From a virus (Duplodnaviria > Caudoviricetes), in the IMG/VR virus record IMGVR_UViG_3300029913_000001: a stretch of 64,000 nucleotides of DNA. The stretch is one strand, 5' to 3'. Positions 63,777 to 64,000 of the stretch are shown here, in pieces. The position numbers and the translations under genes were made by a program. The notes beneath the pieces are model-generated. The model was given only the letters and a program-made list of their open reading frames with translations. It was not told the origin of the DNA and ran no database searches. The stretch's first letter is position 1; every line of letters begins with the position of its first letter.

Positions 63777-64000
63777 AACCGCCTCTTTCTCATCAACATA
63801 TTCAGTTTAACGTACTCGGATGCAAAAGTCAACCGAAAATTAGAGTGTTTTTGAATTTTGGCTGATCTGGCGAGCGACTACTTTCAAAAACGCCGCGATC
63901 GCTGGGTTCTGTTCAGCATAGCTCTCAACCACCCTAATCGCAGCGGAAATGCCCGCGTTATATGCATAAAACTGATCGATTTCGCGCATTGAATGTTTAG

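Noticed and set aside
1-64000. Stop-codon reassignment (alternative genetic code)
   Set aside because: No CUA, UCA or UUA suppressor tRNA was found. TAG and TGA end genes at expected family C-termini, and long genes are intact in code 11. The only internal stops are in two local pseudogenes and the intron.
1-64000. CRISPR array
   Set aside because: There are no regularly spaced direct repeats with unique spacers; the repeated units are tRNAs, promoters and paralogous genes.

Overview
This 64 kb window is from a large, AT-rich, T4-like/jumbo bacteriophage. It uses the standard genetic code and is coded almost entirely on the minus strand. An Acidobacteria-type host is inferred from recalled family resemblance only. 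Left edge: a signal-peptide-bearing tail-fibre/beta-helix-like gene and an amidoligase. 8.8-31 kb: an array of about 40 tRNA or tRNA-like genes, mixed with unassigned structured ncRNAs, guaC, a minimal PolX, and two T5orf172/GIY-YIG nucleases. 31-64 kb: metabolic and repair genes, namely NAMPT plus NMNAT-Nudix, NADAR, a Pth2-like protein, a class II ribonucleotide reductase split by a 244-nt group I intron, UvsE, a radical SAM protein and NAD-dependent ligase. The most unusual signals are: (1) about nine divergent GNAT-fold paralogs, several with T4 capsid-targeting-like leaders, that appear to have multiplied with tRNA-bounded cassettes, as shown by a chimeric tRNA and a truncated pseudogene; (2) a duplicated, covarying ncRNA lying 5' of tRNA-Thr(CGU); (3) interrupted or remodelled tRNAs, including tRNA-Lys(UUU) with a 61-nt insert that carries another tRNA's T-arm, a Glu-like body with a GAU anticodon, and five tRNAs lacking U33; (4) about 15 small proteins sharing a C-terminal 'L(T/S)xxExLIxxL(G/S/A)(Q/E)' helix. 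All assignments are by-eye motif recognition; no database searches were run.
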